Counted from the first letter of the stretch, positions 18,336 to 28,555 are shown. The stretch is 45,974 nucleotides of DNA from a virus (IMGVR_UViG_3300013767_000066:1-45974); one strand, 5' to 3'. Numbers and translations are program-made. Notes: generated by a model from the sequence alone, not told the origin.

Positions 18336-19385
18336 TTAGATGCCGTCGGCGTAAGCCACGGTTTCCGGATACACGAACTCGATGGCCCCCAGACGGCCAT
18401 AGTAGGTCGTGAGCTGGCGCAGGTCGCGATACTCCAGCGGCGTACGCTGCAGCGGTACCAGCGGGAAGCGGACGCGCTTGCGGTCGTTGGTGTAGGCGAC
18501 CATGCGGTCCGTGGCGGCTGCCCCTCGGCCCGGCAGCCACTTCAGCGGCTGAATGTTGAGCGGGCGGCCGTTCAGCGTGTTGCACAGCGAGTTCACCTTC
18601 AGGAACTCCAGCACGCTAATGTTGCCGGCGCTGCTGATCAACGTGCTGACCAGCTTCGAGAACTGGACCGGCGGCAGGCGCAGCTCGGACGGGCAGATCG
18701 CAAAGCCAGTTGCCGCCCAGGACGCATTCAGCAGGGTGTTGACGTCGTTCAGCATCTCCTGCGGCGTCTTGTTGGCCCAATTCGGTTGGCCACTGACGCC
18801 GTTCACCACGTTGGTGGCGGTCACCGAGGGCGAATTCACGAGGCCGTAGAGACCGAGCCCGGGATCGCCGATGTAGACCTGCTCATCGACGTCCATCTGG
18901 TACTTGAGCTGCATGCCCTCGAACTTCTGCTGGTCGACGGGCCGCCCCAGCTGCTGGGCGGATGCCAGTTCCGGCAGCGTCCAGCCGAGCTGCATACCCC
19001 ACAGATTCAGCGGGGTCATGGTCTTGCCAATGTCCAGCGCCATGCCCACGATCGTGGTCGTGTCCTTGCCGATCCAGGCCTTGCCGTTCGGCGAGGTGCC
19101 ACCAGCCGCGGCGAAGGTGGAGTTCGTGAAGGACGAGACTTCGTCGGCAATCGACACGTCCTCGCGCAGCATGATGTCGCGCGACCAGGTAACTTCCGCC
19201 AGCGGGGCGTGCAGTTCCTGATCCAGGCGTTCGAGTTCGCCGACGAGGAACACGCCGGCACTGTCAATCGTGCGGCTGTCGAACGTCAGCATGTTGTCGC
19301 GCGTGCGCGCGCGAATGATGGCCGGGGCGTTGACCATGGCGATCGCGGCCGCCGCAGCCATGCGCGGAACGATGATTTTGCTCAT
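18336..19385 (-). CDS. Major capsid protein (DUF2184-like)
   Basis: GVFLVGELERLD, TWSRDI, YQMDVDEQVYIGD, DRMVAYTND, YADGI; start trimmed to MSKII. Confidence 0.9.
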   Translation of the reverse strand: MSKIIVPRMAAAAAIAMVNAPAIIRARTRDNMLTFDSRTIDSAGVFLVGELERLDQELHAPLAEVTWSRDIMLREDVSIADEVSSFTNSTFAAAGGTSPNGKAWIGKDTTTIVGMALDIGKTMTPLNLWGMQLGWTLPELASAQQLGRPVDQQKFEGMQLKYQMDVDEQVYIGDPGLGLYGLVNSPSVTATNVVNGVSGQPNWANKTPQEMLNDVNTLLNASWAATGFAICPSELRLPPVQFSKLVSTLISSAGNISVLEFLKVNSLCNTLNGRPLNIQPLKWLPGRGAAATDRMVAYTNDRKRVRFPLVPLQRTPLEYRDLRQLTTYYGRLGAIEFVYPETVAYADGI

Positions 19386-19398
19386 TCTGGGTGACCCT

Positions 19399-19893
19399 TT
19401 AGATGTTGTACGCGAGCTCGACGTTGCCAGAGGCATCCGCCGCACTCATGAAGGTGGCGCCGGTGATGGCGATGGTGTTGGTGCTGTCGGCAGCAGCTTC
19501 AATGCCGCCGATGGGCTTGCCTGCGGCAGCAGCTGCGACACGCACGTACACCTGGCCGCCGAACGCGGCGGTACCGGCGTTCAGCTTGACAGTCATGTAG
19601 CCGCGGCGCATGGCGTTGCCGATACCGCTTGCAGGGGGCGTCGAAGTGCCGAGAGGGTCCGAGGCGGCGCCACCCGTGGTCGGATACGGTCGCACATACA
19701 GCCCATAGGTAGCGGATGCGGCGTCGCCCGCGCCGATCGGAATGAACTTGCCAGCGGCGATCTTCCCGAACAGCCCAAACGCGCTGAATGGGTTCGCTGG
19801 GTCGAGCAGGACCGGTTCGACCGTCGCGGCCGACAGGCGGCTGATATCACCCGGAATGCCCGAAGGCATGCGATACAGAAATGCGTTGCCCAT
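19399..19893 (-). CDS. Capsid cement / decoration protein
   Basis: YRMPSGIPGDISR, RRGYMTV, GNVELAYNI; lies between protease and capsid genes. Confidence 0.8.
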   Translation of the reverse strand: MGNAFLYRMPSGIPGDISRLSAATVEPVLLDPANPFSAFGLFGKIAAGKFIPIGAGDAASATYGLYVRPYPTTGGAASDPLGTSTPPASGIGNAMRRGYMTVKLNAGTAAFGGQVYVRVAAAAAGKPIGGIEAAADSTNTIAITGATFMSAADASGNVELAYNI

Positions 19894-19903
19894 GAGGCTC
19901 TCC

Positions 19904-21214
19904 TTACTTGCTGGACCGGTTGGCCCAGTATTCCTGGTTGCGCTTGTTGATGTCCGCTACGGTCGTGACTCGGCCGAAGTCCTTGGTGCTGATCGCGTTG
20001 CGGCTGGCATTGCCGTTGTTCGCTTGCTTCATCAGCTCACTTGCACCCATGAACGCAGCGTTGACGACGGCAACCGGTAGCTTCTCGAAGTCGGCCGTAT
20101 AGCCGCCGAGGAACTGGCTGATTGCCGCCTTCCCCGCTTCGGTCTGATACGCTAGGTCGAGCGCGCGGCGCTGACATTTGCACAGCGCGGCGGCCCGGTC
20201 CTTCGTGTCCATGGCTGCGTCCACGGTCGGCAGCTTGATGCCCGGCGAAAGGATCTCGGCACGAGACAGAATCGAGTTCGCCGCGTCGCCCGTGTAGAGC
20301 TTGACGCCGGCTTCATCGAGCTTTCCAGCCCCTTCGGGTTCGATGACCGTGTCGTCGGTCTTGCCTTCCTTCTCTTTCGCCTCCCGGGCCTTGCGCTCTT
20401 CCTCGGACTCTTCGTCGCGGGCCTCGATCTTGGCCATACGGGCGTCGAGCGACTTGATGAGCTGCAGAATCTTCGGCAGCGCGTCACCGGTCTTGGCAGC
20501 GGCCTCTTCGGCCTCGCGCTTCTTGCGTTCTTCCTCGGACTCCTCGTCCATGGACTCGGCTTCGTTGGCCAGTTCCTCGACGGCTTCGGCGTCCTTGGCC
20601 ATGAATGCCGCGCGGATGCGGTCAGCGAAGCTGCGCTTGCCCTTTGGCTTGCTGTCTTTGGTCTTCATATCTTCGGTTTCCTTATCGCCGATCGCGCAGC
20701 GCGGGCCGCACCGGCCGCGCTCGACGAGGGCTACGTGGTTGACAACGATGTTCCGCTGAACCCCGCGGCCGGGTGATACCTGTTCGTAGTCCGCCTCATA
20801 GCCGAGGCTGACCTCTTCGATGTCCTCTTCCTGGACAGCCTTGATGGCGTCGGGGTGCTTGATCAGCAGGTCGGCCACCAGCAGGTCGTCGGCAATGCCA
20901 GTGCCGCGGCGCGGATTGAGCATCACACCCTGCGTCAGCGAGGCGAAGTTCGACGGCTGCACGAAGTCGTCCGGGTGGTCGAGCGTGACGTCCTTGCCCA
21001 TGCAACTGGCGGTGGTCGCGTCGCGGAACACCTCTTCCGGGGTCCGGCTGATACGGATCAGGCCGTCCGGGCCGGGTTCGACCGGGACTTCGCCCGGGCC
21101 GTACAGCATCTCGCCGGTGCGCGCGACGGGCACTTCCTCGCACAGCAGGAAGCCTTCTGGCGTCAGCGAGCGCTTGGGTCCGAGCTTCTGCACGGTGTAG
21201 AAGCGCATTTCCAT
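19904..21214 (-). CDS. Prohead protease / scaffold (DUF2213-like)
   Basis: TPEGFLLC, PVARTG, VTLDHP, EVSLGYEADY, NHVALVERGRCG, then an acidic scaffold region. Confidence 0.9.
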   Translation of the reverse strand: MEMRFYTVQKLGPKRSLTPEGFLLCEEVPVARTGEMLYGPGEVPVEPGPDGLIRISRTPEEVFRDATTASCMGKDVTLDHPDDFVQPSNFASLTQGVMLNPRRGTGIADDLLVADLLIKHPDAIKAVQEEDIEEVSLGYEADYEQVSPGRGVQRNIVVNHVALVERGRCGPRCAIGDKETEDMKTKDSKPKGKRSFADRIRAAFMAKDAEAVEELANEAESMDEESEEERKKREAEEAAAKTGDALPKILQLIKSLDARMAKIEARDEESEEERKAREAKEKEGKTDDTVIEPEGAGKLDEAGVKLYTGDAANSILSRAEILSPGIKLPTVDAAMDTKDRAAALCKCQRRALDLAYQTEAGKAAISQFLGGYTADFEKLPVAVVNAAFMGASELMKQANNGNASRNAISTKDFGRVTTVADINKRNQEYWANRSSK

Positions 21215-21217
21215 GGA

Positions 21218-21976
21218 TCAATCCTCGGGTATTGCGGGTTCGGGATAGCACCGGCAGTTCGGAAACTGCCCGGCGTGGCCGGCCATCTTGTCGAGCGTCG
21301 GCGGGTCGTCCCACGCCACAAACTTCCCGTTCATTTCCCGGTGTGACTCGCGCACATCGCCATCGCCAGCCGTGCGCCAGATGTATCCCTGTGAGCCGAC
21401 GTGCAGCGCGCGCGCCTGTGTCAGAGTCGTCGCCGTACGCGTGACCTCGGTCCGGGCTATCAGGTCGGCGCGGCTCTTGGCCACCTCGCCGGATTCCTGA
21501 ATGGCCTTCGAGATCTCGCGCGCCCGGGTCGAGTCTTCGATTCCCTCGATCGTCAGGCGATGCACGCGCTCAGCGGCATCCAACGGGATGGACTTGATCA
21601 GGCCGACCTGCTCGGCCATCAGGGCGCGCATGGTCTCGCCGGTCGGCGCATTGCGGATCTCGGCCTGCAGCGCGCGCGACATTTCCTGCGCCTGCGCCAT
21701 CCATGCCTTCCAAGCCTGCTCGTCGCGCCGTTCGATGTCGGCCAGCATCCGGGCTGCCGTTGCCTCGGCCCACGGTGTCAGGGCCTCGGCGTACCGGCGC
21801 AGCAGCTGCTCAATCGTTACCGCGGTGGCGGGATCGCCAGGCGGAAAGCCATTGACCAACGCGCCCACCTGCTGCGCGACCTGACGGAGCTGAGTCCTGT
21901 ACAGCCTTTCCGCGCCGCTTGTCTTGACCGGATTCGCCCTTTTCTTGCGGCGGTCCGTTGTCCGGGTCATCAGCAT
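21218..21976 (-). CDS. Minor head morphogenesis protein (Mu gpF / SPP1 gp7-like)
   Basis: LIARTE, YIWRTAGDGDVRESH, HAGQFPNCRC; start uncertain (21970 or 21976). Confidence 0.88.
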   Translation of the reverse strand: MLMTRTTDRRKKRANPVKTSGAERLYRTQLRQVAQQVGALVNGFPPGDPATAVTIEQLLRRYAEALTPWAEATAARMLADIERRDEQAWKAWMAQAQEMSRALQAEIRNAPTGETMRALMAEQVGLIKSIPLDAAERVHRLTIEGIEDSTRAREISKAIQESGEVAKSRADLIARTEVTRTATTLTQARALHVGSQGYIWRTAGDGDVRESHREMNGKFVAWDDPPTLDKMAGHAGQFPNCRCYPEPAIPED

Positions 21977-23381
21977 TGGGCAGTTCCGTCTCGGCCGCTG
22001 GCGGCGGCTCGTTCTCGGCATCCTCGATCTGCTCGTCGGTGATGCTGGTGAAGACGCCCGTCACGTGGCTCGACTGGCGAAGTTCCTTCATGGCCGTCGA
22101 CCTGTCGATCAGATCGGCGTCGTACGCTGCCACTACGGCATCTGTCGTCATCTTGGCGTTGGTTGCCTTCTCGGTGTCCGAGAGCTGCCACAAGGACCGG
22201 AAGCTGTAAGCAAATCCCTCGGGCAGCGGCCGGCCGAGTTCCGAGCGGCCCAGCACGTCAAGCAGGCGGGTCATCGGGCTGCGAAATCGCCGTTCCTGCT
22301 GCTGGTTGACGTTGTCGTAGTACGTGCGCAGGTCCGACTCGCCGCTCGAGTTCAGCCCGGCCGGCGACTGGCCGAACAGGCGGACCAGAGGGATCTGCAG
22401 CGCACCCGATAGCTGCTGGCCGAACTGCATCAACACGTTGTCCAGGCCAGAGAACTGGTACGTGTCCGTCTGCATTTCGTCTGCGGCATCGATGAGCGTG
22501 ATGCCCTCGTTCGACTGATACCGCCGGATAAAGTCGACGTTCTTGACCAGCGCTTCCAGCGCCGGCCCGCCCATGGCGATGACCTCGCGCAGCTTCTCGA
22601 TCTTCAGCGTACGCAGGTGCGCCTTGTAGACCAGCTGCGCTGCGCCTACCGTGGTGCTATCGAATGCCACCAGCCGGTCGACCAGCCGCTCGATGACCGA
22701 CTGACCCCACAGGTTCTCGGCGATCTTCTGCCAGTACGGCAGTTCGACGCCGTCAATGCGCAGCACGCGGCTGTAATGGATGCGCTGGCGCGACAGCGCC
22801 ATGCTGTCCGCCACCACGTCGTAGTACTTCGGCATGCCCATGTCCGGGCCCATCTCCGTGACCAGATTGGTCAGGGTGGGCTGGACCATCCAACGGTCCA
22901 GCACAACTAACCCCTTGAACTGGTCTTTCCCGATCGACTTGGGATTCAGCGGCGTGCTGGGGTTCTGCCCATCGATGAGCATCACCGCCAGTGCACCGCC
23001 GTAAAGGCGCGCCCACTTGATGGTGTCGCAGATGCGATCCCACAACGCCATGCGCTCAATCGCGGCGTTCAGCTTGTCCTTGTCATCCGGCGGCAGGTCC
23101 GAGCCGATCTCGATGCCGGCGCGGGTCATATCCTCGGCGACCACGTCTACGGCCTGGCCGACCACCCATGACGAGCGGTACATCGCCTCCATCTGGATGC
23201 GATTGCGGCTGATGAAGTCGAAGCCGTAGCTGTACTGCGAGGCTTGGTTGTTCGTGCCCAGACCGACGCGCGCCTCGAAGTTCTGGAAGCTGTCGCCGCT
23301 GATCCAGCGCTTGGCGCCGGCGGACGCGGCCACGTTGGCCTTGTGCGCCCGTTGCTGCGCTTTGCGTTGATTACGGTTCAT
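21810..23381 (-). CDS. Portal protein (DUF1073 / HI1409-like)
   Basis: [53 protein letters not shown]; follows TerL. Confidence 0.9.
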   Translation of the reverse strand: MNRNQRKAQQRAHKANVAASAGAKRWISGDSFQNFEARVGLGTNNQASQYSYGFDFISRNRIQMEAMYRSSWVVGQAVDVVAEDMTRAGIEIGSDLPPDDKDKLNAAIERMALWDRICDTIKWARLYGGALAVMLIDGQNPSTPLNPKSIGKDQFKGLVVLDRWMVQPTLTNLVTEMGPDMGMPKYYDVVADSMALSRQRIHYSRVLRIDGVELPYWQKIAENLWGQSVIERLVDRLVAFDSTTVGAAQLVYKAHLRTLKIEKLREVIAMGGPALEALVKNVDFIRRYQSNEGITLIDAADEMQTDTYQFSGLDNVLMQFGQQLSGALQIPLVRLFGQSPAGLNSSGESDLRTYYDNVNQQQERRFRSPMTRLLDVLGRSELGRPLPEGFAYSFRSLWQLSDTEKATNAKMTTDAVVAAYDADLIDRSTAMKELRQSSHVTGVFTSITDEQIEDAENEPPPAAETELPNADDPDNGPPQEKGESGQDKRRGKAVQDSAPSGRAAGGRVGQWLSAWRSRHRGND

Positions 23382-24928
23382 TGCTGTCCGAGTTTGGTCC
23401 AGATGTCCATCGACCGGCCGCCGGCCAGCATGTCATTGATCGCATCCACCATCGGATCGATCTGGTCGTCGTGCGCGTGCGTGTCGTCTGGCGTGAAGGC
23501 GTCGCATTCCTGCGTGAAATCGTTCACCCACGGCGCGTCCTCAGGGATCATCACCAGGCCGCTGTCGATGTAGCTGACCACGTCCATGACGCGCGTCAGC
23601 TTGTCCCGGTTGCGCTCGATGCCGTCGACCGGGATGCTGCCCGATGCCTGTATGTCCTGAATCAGGCCGGTGCCACTGGCCTTGTCCTCGATCATCATGC
23701 GCACCAGCGGCGCGCCGAAGTGGAACTCGTACGGCAGGTGCTTGTTCCAGAAATCGATGGCCTTCGTCCGCAGCTCGGGCGCCGGCCATTTGCCGCGGAT
23801 CTGGTCCAGCAGGTAGATCCGGCCGTTCTTCCCATGCCCCCAGCACTGAAGCACGCTGTAGTCATTGCGTTCGGCGGTCTTTTGCGCCGTGTCGGCATAG
23901 ATGATGCGCTTGTGCAGCTCGGGCGCCACCGTGTACCGCCCGAAGTTGGCGCTGCGGATGATGCCGCCACCCAGCGGGCTGGGCCGCTGCATGTACTGCC
24001 CGCTGAACACGTACCGGTCAGCTGTCTCGCTGGCCAGCAGGTCGTCAAGCGGTTCCTTGTACGGCCAGTAGCTGAACCGGCCGTCTGCATCCTTCTCGCC
24101 CAGCTCGACCATCACGCGGATGCGCTCGGGCAGGGCCTCGACGTATTCGTCGGTGATCAGCGCCGGGATCTCGATGAATTCCCAGTCGCCCGGCACCTTG
24201 CCGGCTTTGATGAAGCCCGTCGGGTCTTCCTCGGCCAGCCGCTGCATGATCACGATGATCGGTGTGTCCGGGTTGGCCTTCCGGCTCTTGACCGTGGACA
24301 GCAGCTTGCGGTTCGCCTTGTCGCGGTTCGGCTTGCTGTACGCATCCTCGACCTTCAGCGGGTCATCGATGATGATGGCGCCCTGCCACCCATCAGTCAT
24401 GTGCCCCGCGCGGAAGCCGGTGATCTGGCCACCCAGCGACACTGCATACACGCCGCCTGCCTTCTTGCCGTCTGCGATGACGTTCCAGCGCTTCTTCGAC
24501 TTCGCGTCCGGTGCGATGGCCAGCGGCCACAGGTCCTGAAACTCGTCCGACTGCACGATCTCGCGCGCCGTCTCGCTGTTCAGCAGCGCCAGGTCATCCG
24601 AATACGAGATGTGCAGGAACCGCGCGCGCGGGTTCACCGCGAGGCCCCGGGCGATCAGGTTGATCGCCACCAGCTCGGTTTTCGACGAGCCCGGCGGGAC
24701 GTTGATGACGACGTTCTTCAGCTCGCCATCGATGACACGCTGCACCGTGTCCGCGATCAGCACATGGTGCCAGTTGACGCGGAACTTGATGCCCTGCCGA
24801 TGCTTGAAGAAGTACCGGCTGAAAAACAGGTGGTCGCGCTCGCACTTCGCCTTCAATACCGCGCGCTCGACGGACGGATCAATACTCGTCCTCGAGCTTG
24901 GCGACAGCGGCTGCGACCTGTTTTTCAT
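23378..24928 (-). CDS. terL: Terminase large subunit
   Basis: Walker A region [10 protein letters not shown], Walker B IIIDDP, IMQRL, GQYMQRP, nuclease motifs ADTAQK, DYS, HDDQID. Confidence 0.95.
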   Translation of the reverse strand: MKNRSQPLSPSSRTSIDPSVERAVLKAKCERDHLFFSRYFFKHRQGIKFRVNWHHVLIADTVQRVIDGELKNVVINVPPGSSKTELVAINLIARGLAVNPRARFLHISYSDDLALLNSETAREIVQSDEFQDLWPLAIAPDAKSKKRWNVIADGKKAGGVYAVSLGGQITGFRAGHMTDGWQGAIIIDDPLKVEDAYSKPNRDKANRKLLSTVKSRKANPDTPIIVIMQRLAEEDPTGFIKAGKVPGDWEFIEIPALITDEYVEALPERIRVMVELGEKDADGRFSYWPYKEPLDDLLASETADRYVFSGQYMQRPSPLGGGIIRSANFGRYTVAPELHKRIIYADTAQKTAERNDYSVLQCWGHGKNGRIYLLDQIRGKWPAPELRTKAIDFWNKHLPYEFHFGAPLVRMMIEDKASGTGLIQDIQASGSIPVDGIERNRDKLTRVMDVVSYIDSGLVMIPEDAPWVNDFTQECDAFTPDDTHAHDDQIDPMVDAINDMLAGGRSMDIWTKLGQQ

Positions 24929-25289
24929 CGACGACGGTGGTTCGTTGCTCGACCGGCCCGCCGTCTTTGCCTGTCAGTTCAATTCCTTGGGCCGGCTCTT
25001 TCCATCCCGCACGCACCTTCATCCAGAAGATTGCCGCCGTCACCGCGCCCTTTCCGGCGCCGGTGGCGTGCTTGAATAGCGACTGCGCCACCAGGGCGTT
25101 CGTCTTTTCAGCTGCGGTGTCAAGCTCGGCACGGAAATGCACGCGCAGCGTCTTGGGCGTCATGGCCTTGCCCGTCTGCGGGTTCACGATGCAGCTGGCG
25201 ATGTACTCGTGGGGCGCACCGAACCCGGCCAGCGAGCTGACCAGCCTGCGGTCGTCATCGGTAGGCTCGAATGGTTTGCGTCCTGCCAT
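24879..25289 (-). CDS. terS: Terminase small subunit
   Basis: N-terminal [26 protein letters not shown]; directly upstream of TerL. Confidence 0.8.
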   Translation of the reverse strand: MAGRKPFEPTDDDRRLVSSLAGFGAPHEYIASCIVNPQTGKAMTPKTLRVHFRAELDTAAEKTNALVAQSLFKHATGAGKGAVTAAIFWMKVRAGWKEPAQGIELTGKDGGPVEQRTTVVDEKQVAAAVAKLEDEY

Positions 25290-25391
25290 CGTTTCGAACT
25301 CTCGGAATCGCGAGCGCAACCCAGCGCATGTAGGGTTCAGGAGCACATGTTGCTGCCGTCAGTGTGCAGTGACTAGACTTCCGAACACACC

Positions 25392-25883
25392 ATGAACCTC
25401 ATTAAGAAAGCCCTCAGCGCGACCGTTGCGTGGGCAAACACCCCGGAAAAACCAGAACTTACCGAGGCGGAGACAAACTTTCGCGCAGAGAAGATTGCCG
25501 TCTACACGGCGTTGCTGACGCAGTATTGGACATGGCTACTTGAAATTCTCAAGCAGCTTGCATTCTTCAACGGTCTAGGTCTGGCAGCGTCAGCAACCAT
25601 CGTAGCCAGCTCGCCGAGTCTCGGAAAAATGTTTGGCGGATGGTTTTTTTCTTTCTTCATCGGACTGGCAGCGGCGGCCTACGGAATGCTTCACGGCATG
25701 GAGACGCTACGGAAGATGCGCGAGGACCAGATCCGCGCAATTGAGTCTCCCGATACACAGCACCCTGAGATGTCAGCGACCAAAGTTACGACATCAATGA
25801 AGCTGTTCATTCTTGCGTCACTCTTCGCCTTCGGTATCGGTATTGCCTCAATCCTCGTCGCTATGCAAAGAGCTCAAGGCTAA
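25392..25883 (+). CDS. Hypothetical membrane protein (antisense moron)
   Basis: Three hydrophobic segments, lower GC, opposite to the late operon; candidate TTGCTG-N18-TAGACT promoter at 25350-25379. Confidence 0.7.
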   Translation: MNLIKKALSATVAWANTPEKPELTEAETNFRAEKIAVYTALLTQYWTWLLEILKQLAFFNGLGLAASATIVASSPSLGKMFGGWFFSFFIGLAAAAYGMLHGMETLRKMREDQIRAIESPDTQHPEMSATKVTTSMKLFILASLFAFGIGIASILVAMQRAQG

Positions 25884-27236
25884 GGCAATCTCGGAAGCAT
25901 CGACATCACCGCATGCCGCAACGGCCCGCTTCCAGTCGCCCTTCACGAACACCAGGACGTTTTGATGCACCTTGCCCAGCTTGCGGCTGGCCGCGAACTG
26001 CTTGCCAGCGCGGATCGGTGCGCTGCCCAGCGCGGTCAGCAGGATGGCTTCGTTGTACAGCTGCATGCCGGCATCGATGAACGCGTCGATGGTGTCTGAC
26101 ACGAAGTTCCGATATGGGCCTGTGCCGCGCTTCTCGCGCACGTCGCCGACCACAAAGCACGCGAACCGGTCCGGCTTCAGCAGGCTGACGGCTCCGCCGA
26201 TCACCTCGCGGTAGGCCTCCATGAAGGCCGGATAGTCCATCGTGGACAGGTCGGCCGGATCGTCCGAGTACCGTTCCAGGTCAGCATACGGCGGGCACGA
26301 GAACAGGAAATCCGCCTCGACATCGGGCAGGCGCCGTGCAATCTGCCGGCTGTCGCCTACGTGCCAGACCGGCGTCGGGTCCTCGACCTGCACCATGTGC
26401 ATCTGGCCACGGTTCGCCTCGACCTGCTCGGCCCGCAGCTCCATGCCCACATACGGGCGCCCGAGGCGGGCCGCAACGATGCCGCGCACGCTGCCACCCG
26501 CAAACGGGTCAAGCACCAGGCCGCCGGCCGGGCAGAACCACCGGTAGGCCAGCTCGCACAGCACCGGATCAAAGATGCTGGTCCGGTGCTGCGGCTTGTC
26601 GCCACGCTCGGCCTTCTGGTGGTCCGAGGCTGACGCATAGGCCGGCGCATCGCGACCCAGCTCGGATTGGATGCCCAGCCCCAGCCATGCAGCCTTGCGT
26701 TCCTGCCACGCCGCGTCGCGCGCGTTGAGCGTGCTGAACGGCGGGACCATGAACTGCTCGGCCAGCGACCGGCCACCGGCACCGGGCGCAGACCCGGGCG
26801 GGTCCAGCAGCTCGCACAGCTCGTCCGGCGTGAAGCCGATGACGGTCAGGTCGAACTCGGCCTCGCGCAGGTCGATCAGCTCGCCGGCCAACAGGTCGAC
26901 ATCCCAGCCGGCGTTCTCAGCCAGCTTGTTGTCCGCGAGGATGTACGCGCGCCGCTCGTCTGCCGACAGGTGCGACAAGTCGACCGTGGGCACTTCGCCA
27001 GGCACCGGGCAGTTGGCAATGGTCTCACCGGCCGCCCACATCTGCGTGGCCGCTTCCAGCCGGCCATGGCCAGCGAGCAGGTCGTCGCCGGCGGTCAGCG
27101 CCGGGTTGGTCCAGCCGAACTTGCGCAGCGACGCCTTGATCTGCTCGATCTGGCCGGCACTGTGCGTCCGTGCATTGCGGTCATAGCGGACCAGCTCGTC
27201 GGCCGCACGGTAGCGGATAGCGAGTTGATTGACCAT
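25848..27236 (-). CDS. ParB-like domain fused to an N6-adenine/N4-cytosine DNA methyltransferase
   Basis: NARTHS, FGWTNP, LAGHGRL, ADNKL (ParB); DPFAGG (motif I) and SCPPY (motif IV). Confidence 0.88.
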   Translation of the reverse strand: MVNQLAIRYRAADELVRYDRNARTHSAGQIEQIKASLRKFGWTNPALTAGDDLLAGHGRLEAATQMWAAGETIANCPVPGEVPTVDLSHLSADERRAYILADNKLAENAGWDVDLLAGELIDLREAEFDLTVIGFTPDELCELLDPPGSAPGAGGRSLAEQFMVPPFSTLNARDAAWQERKAAWLGLGIQSELGRDAPAYASASDHQKAERGDKPQHRTSIFDPVLCELAYRWFCPAGGLVLDPFAGGSVRGIVAARLGRPYVGMELRAEQVEANRGQMHMVQVEDPTPVWHVGDSRQIARRLPDVEADFLFSCPPYADLERYSDDPADLSTMDYPAFMEAYREVIGGAVSLLKPDRFACFVVGDVREKRGTGPYRNFVSDTIDAFIDAGMQLYNEAILLTALGSAPIRAGKQFAASRKLGKVHQNVLVFVKGDWKRAVAACGDVDASEIALALSSLHSDED

Positions 27237-27375
27237 ATGCCTTATGCATCATATGCGTCGCAGGAGCGGATGCTGCTCATCGCACATTTTCGCGCAAGAG
27301 TTCCGTACCAAACGTAAGAGTAGCTGCTGCGGTGGTCGCCATCTAAGATCAACTCGCATTCTCGTGGAGGCTCAA

Positions 27376-27897
27376 ATGAACAATCTCAAATGCCTCGTGG
27401 CTGCGCTTGCGATAGCAGCATCGCATGCCGTCCTCGCTCAGGAGACCCCGGAAGCCCAGAAGCCTCAGGAAGCCATGACACCTCGGGAGGCCGAGAAGCC
27501 TCAGGAAGTCCAAGAACCTCAGCAGGCCAAGAAGGAACCAAACCGTCTGAGCTTGGAGGAAATCAAGGCTCTAGTGCCTGGCGCCAAGATCGAGATCATC
27601 TTCGAGGACAACTCGACCTTCCGCTTCAGAGACGCTGACGGCGGCGTCATCAAGGAACTGGTGTGGCGGCCATCCGATGACAAGCCGAATGAGTACACAG
27701 TCTTCAGCGCAGGGAACTGGTGGATCAAAGAGGACAGTCAAGAAAACGGTCGCTATTGCGGCAAGATTGGCTGGAAGATTTATGGAAAGCCTACGATTCT
27801 GTTCTGGTGTCGCAAGGTATTCCGATCCCCAGATGGTCTTTACATCCTTCAGTCCGTAACCGGCTATCCGCCGTGGAAAATGCGTGTCTCGAAGTGA
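27376..27897 (+). CDS. Secreted / periplasmic protein with PQE-rich linker (antisense moron)
   Basis: GGAGG SD, Sec signal ending VLA-Q, KPQE/EPQQ repeats, beta-rich domain with two Cys (loosely DUF995-like). Confidence 0.72.
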   Translation: MNNLKCLVAALAIAASHAVLAQETPEAQKPQEAMTPREAEKPQEVQEPQQAKKEPNRLSLEEIKALVPGAKIEIIFEDNSTFRFRDADGGVIKELVWRPSDDKPNEYTVFSAGNWWIKEDSQENGRYCGKIGWKIYGKPTILFWCRKVFRSPDGLYILQSVTGYPPWKMRVSK

Positions 27898-27942
27898 GCG
27901 AATTCAGCCTTTTTCATACGCGGTAAAAATTCGGCGGGACGG

Positions 27943-28001
27943 AAAAGAAAAAGCCCGGAACGGGTGACCGGGCAAACCACCGAAGGCGGTGGAGGAGACA
28001 T
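27943..28001 (-). ncRNA. Anti-SD small RNA resembling the Betaproteobacteria toxic sRNA family
   Basis: Minus strand reads ATGTCTCCT-CCACCG-CCTT-CGGTGG-TTT-GCCCGG-N9-CCGGGC-TTTTTCTTTT; -10-like TAGGCT at 28007-28012. Confidence 0.72.
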
Positions 28002-28052
28002 CTGTCAGCCTATGGCATGATGGCCGTCCACTGTTCACAGAGGACTTCCACC

Positions 28053-28544
28053 ATGCCGGACAAAGAATGGGCGAGCTACGAAGAGGTCGCTGTATTTTTG
28101 CTAAATCAATTCGCCGAGCACTTCGAGCTGGGTCGAGTCGAGGGCCATACCATCGTTGCCGCAGCGGGCACAAAGTGGGACTTGGACGGAATCGGCTACT
28201 CACAGGACGGAGCCGATTTTGTCATCGTTGAGTGCAAGCGCTATACGACGAGCAGGATCGATCAGGAAACCGTTGCTGGCCTGGCTTATCGGATCCTGAA
28301 GTCTGGCGCCTCTGGCGGCATCATGGTTACGCCAATCGGCTATCAGGCTGGAGCTATAAAGGTCGCCGACTACGAAGGCATTGCCAGAGTGACGCTAAAC
28401 CATGACTGCACCACCACCGAGTACGTGATGAAGTTCCTGGACCAAATTCGGATGGGGCTTGCTGACACCATCACAGCATCTGACTCTGTGAGCATTCAGC
28501 TCAGAAAAGCGGACGGCACCGTCATCAACTATGGACCGTTCTGA
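28053..28544 (+). CDS. Mrr-like PD-(D/E)xK restriction endonuclease (antisense moron)
   Basis: YEE...WDLDG...IVECKRY...GIMVT...GYQAGA pattern of Mrr catalytic domains; GAGGA SD. Confidence 0.82.
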   Translation: MPDKEWASYEEVAVFLLNQFAEHFELGRVEGHTIVAAAGTKWDLDGIGYSQDGADFVIVECKRYTTSRIDQETVAGLAYRILKSGASGGIMVTPIGYQAGAIKVADYEGIARVTLNHDCTTTEYVMKFLDQIRMGLADTITASDSVSIQLRKADGTVINYGPF

Positions 28545-28555
28545 TTGCGAAAAAA

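Noticed and set aside
21810-23381. Anti-CBASS Acb1 call for the DUF1073 protein
   Set aside because: Position and motifs indicate a portal; no paired HxT/S 2H-phosphoesterase domain recognised
8303-25075. Long plus-strand ORFs (8303-9865, 14176-15804, 17715-19394, 23381-25075 and similar)
   Set aside because: Antisense shadows of well-supported structural genes, as expected in high-GC DNA
25848-28544. Cognate type II restriction-modification pair (ParB-MTase plus nuclease)
   Set aside because: Opposite strands, separated by other elements, different base composition; the MTase belongs to a terminase-linked type
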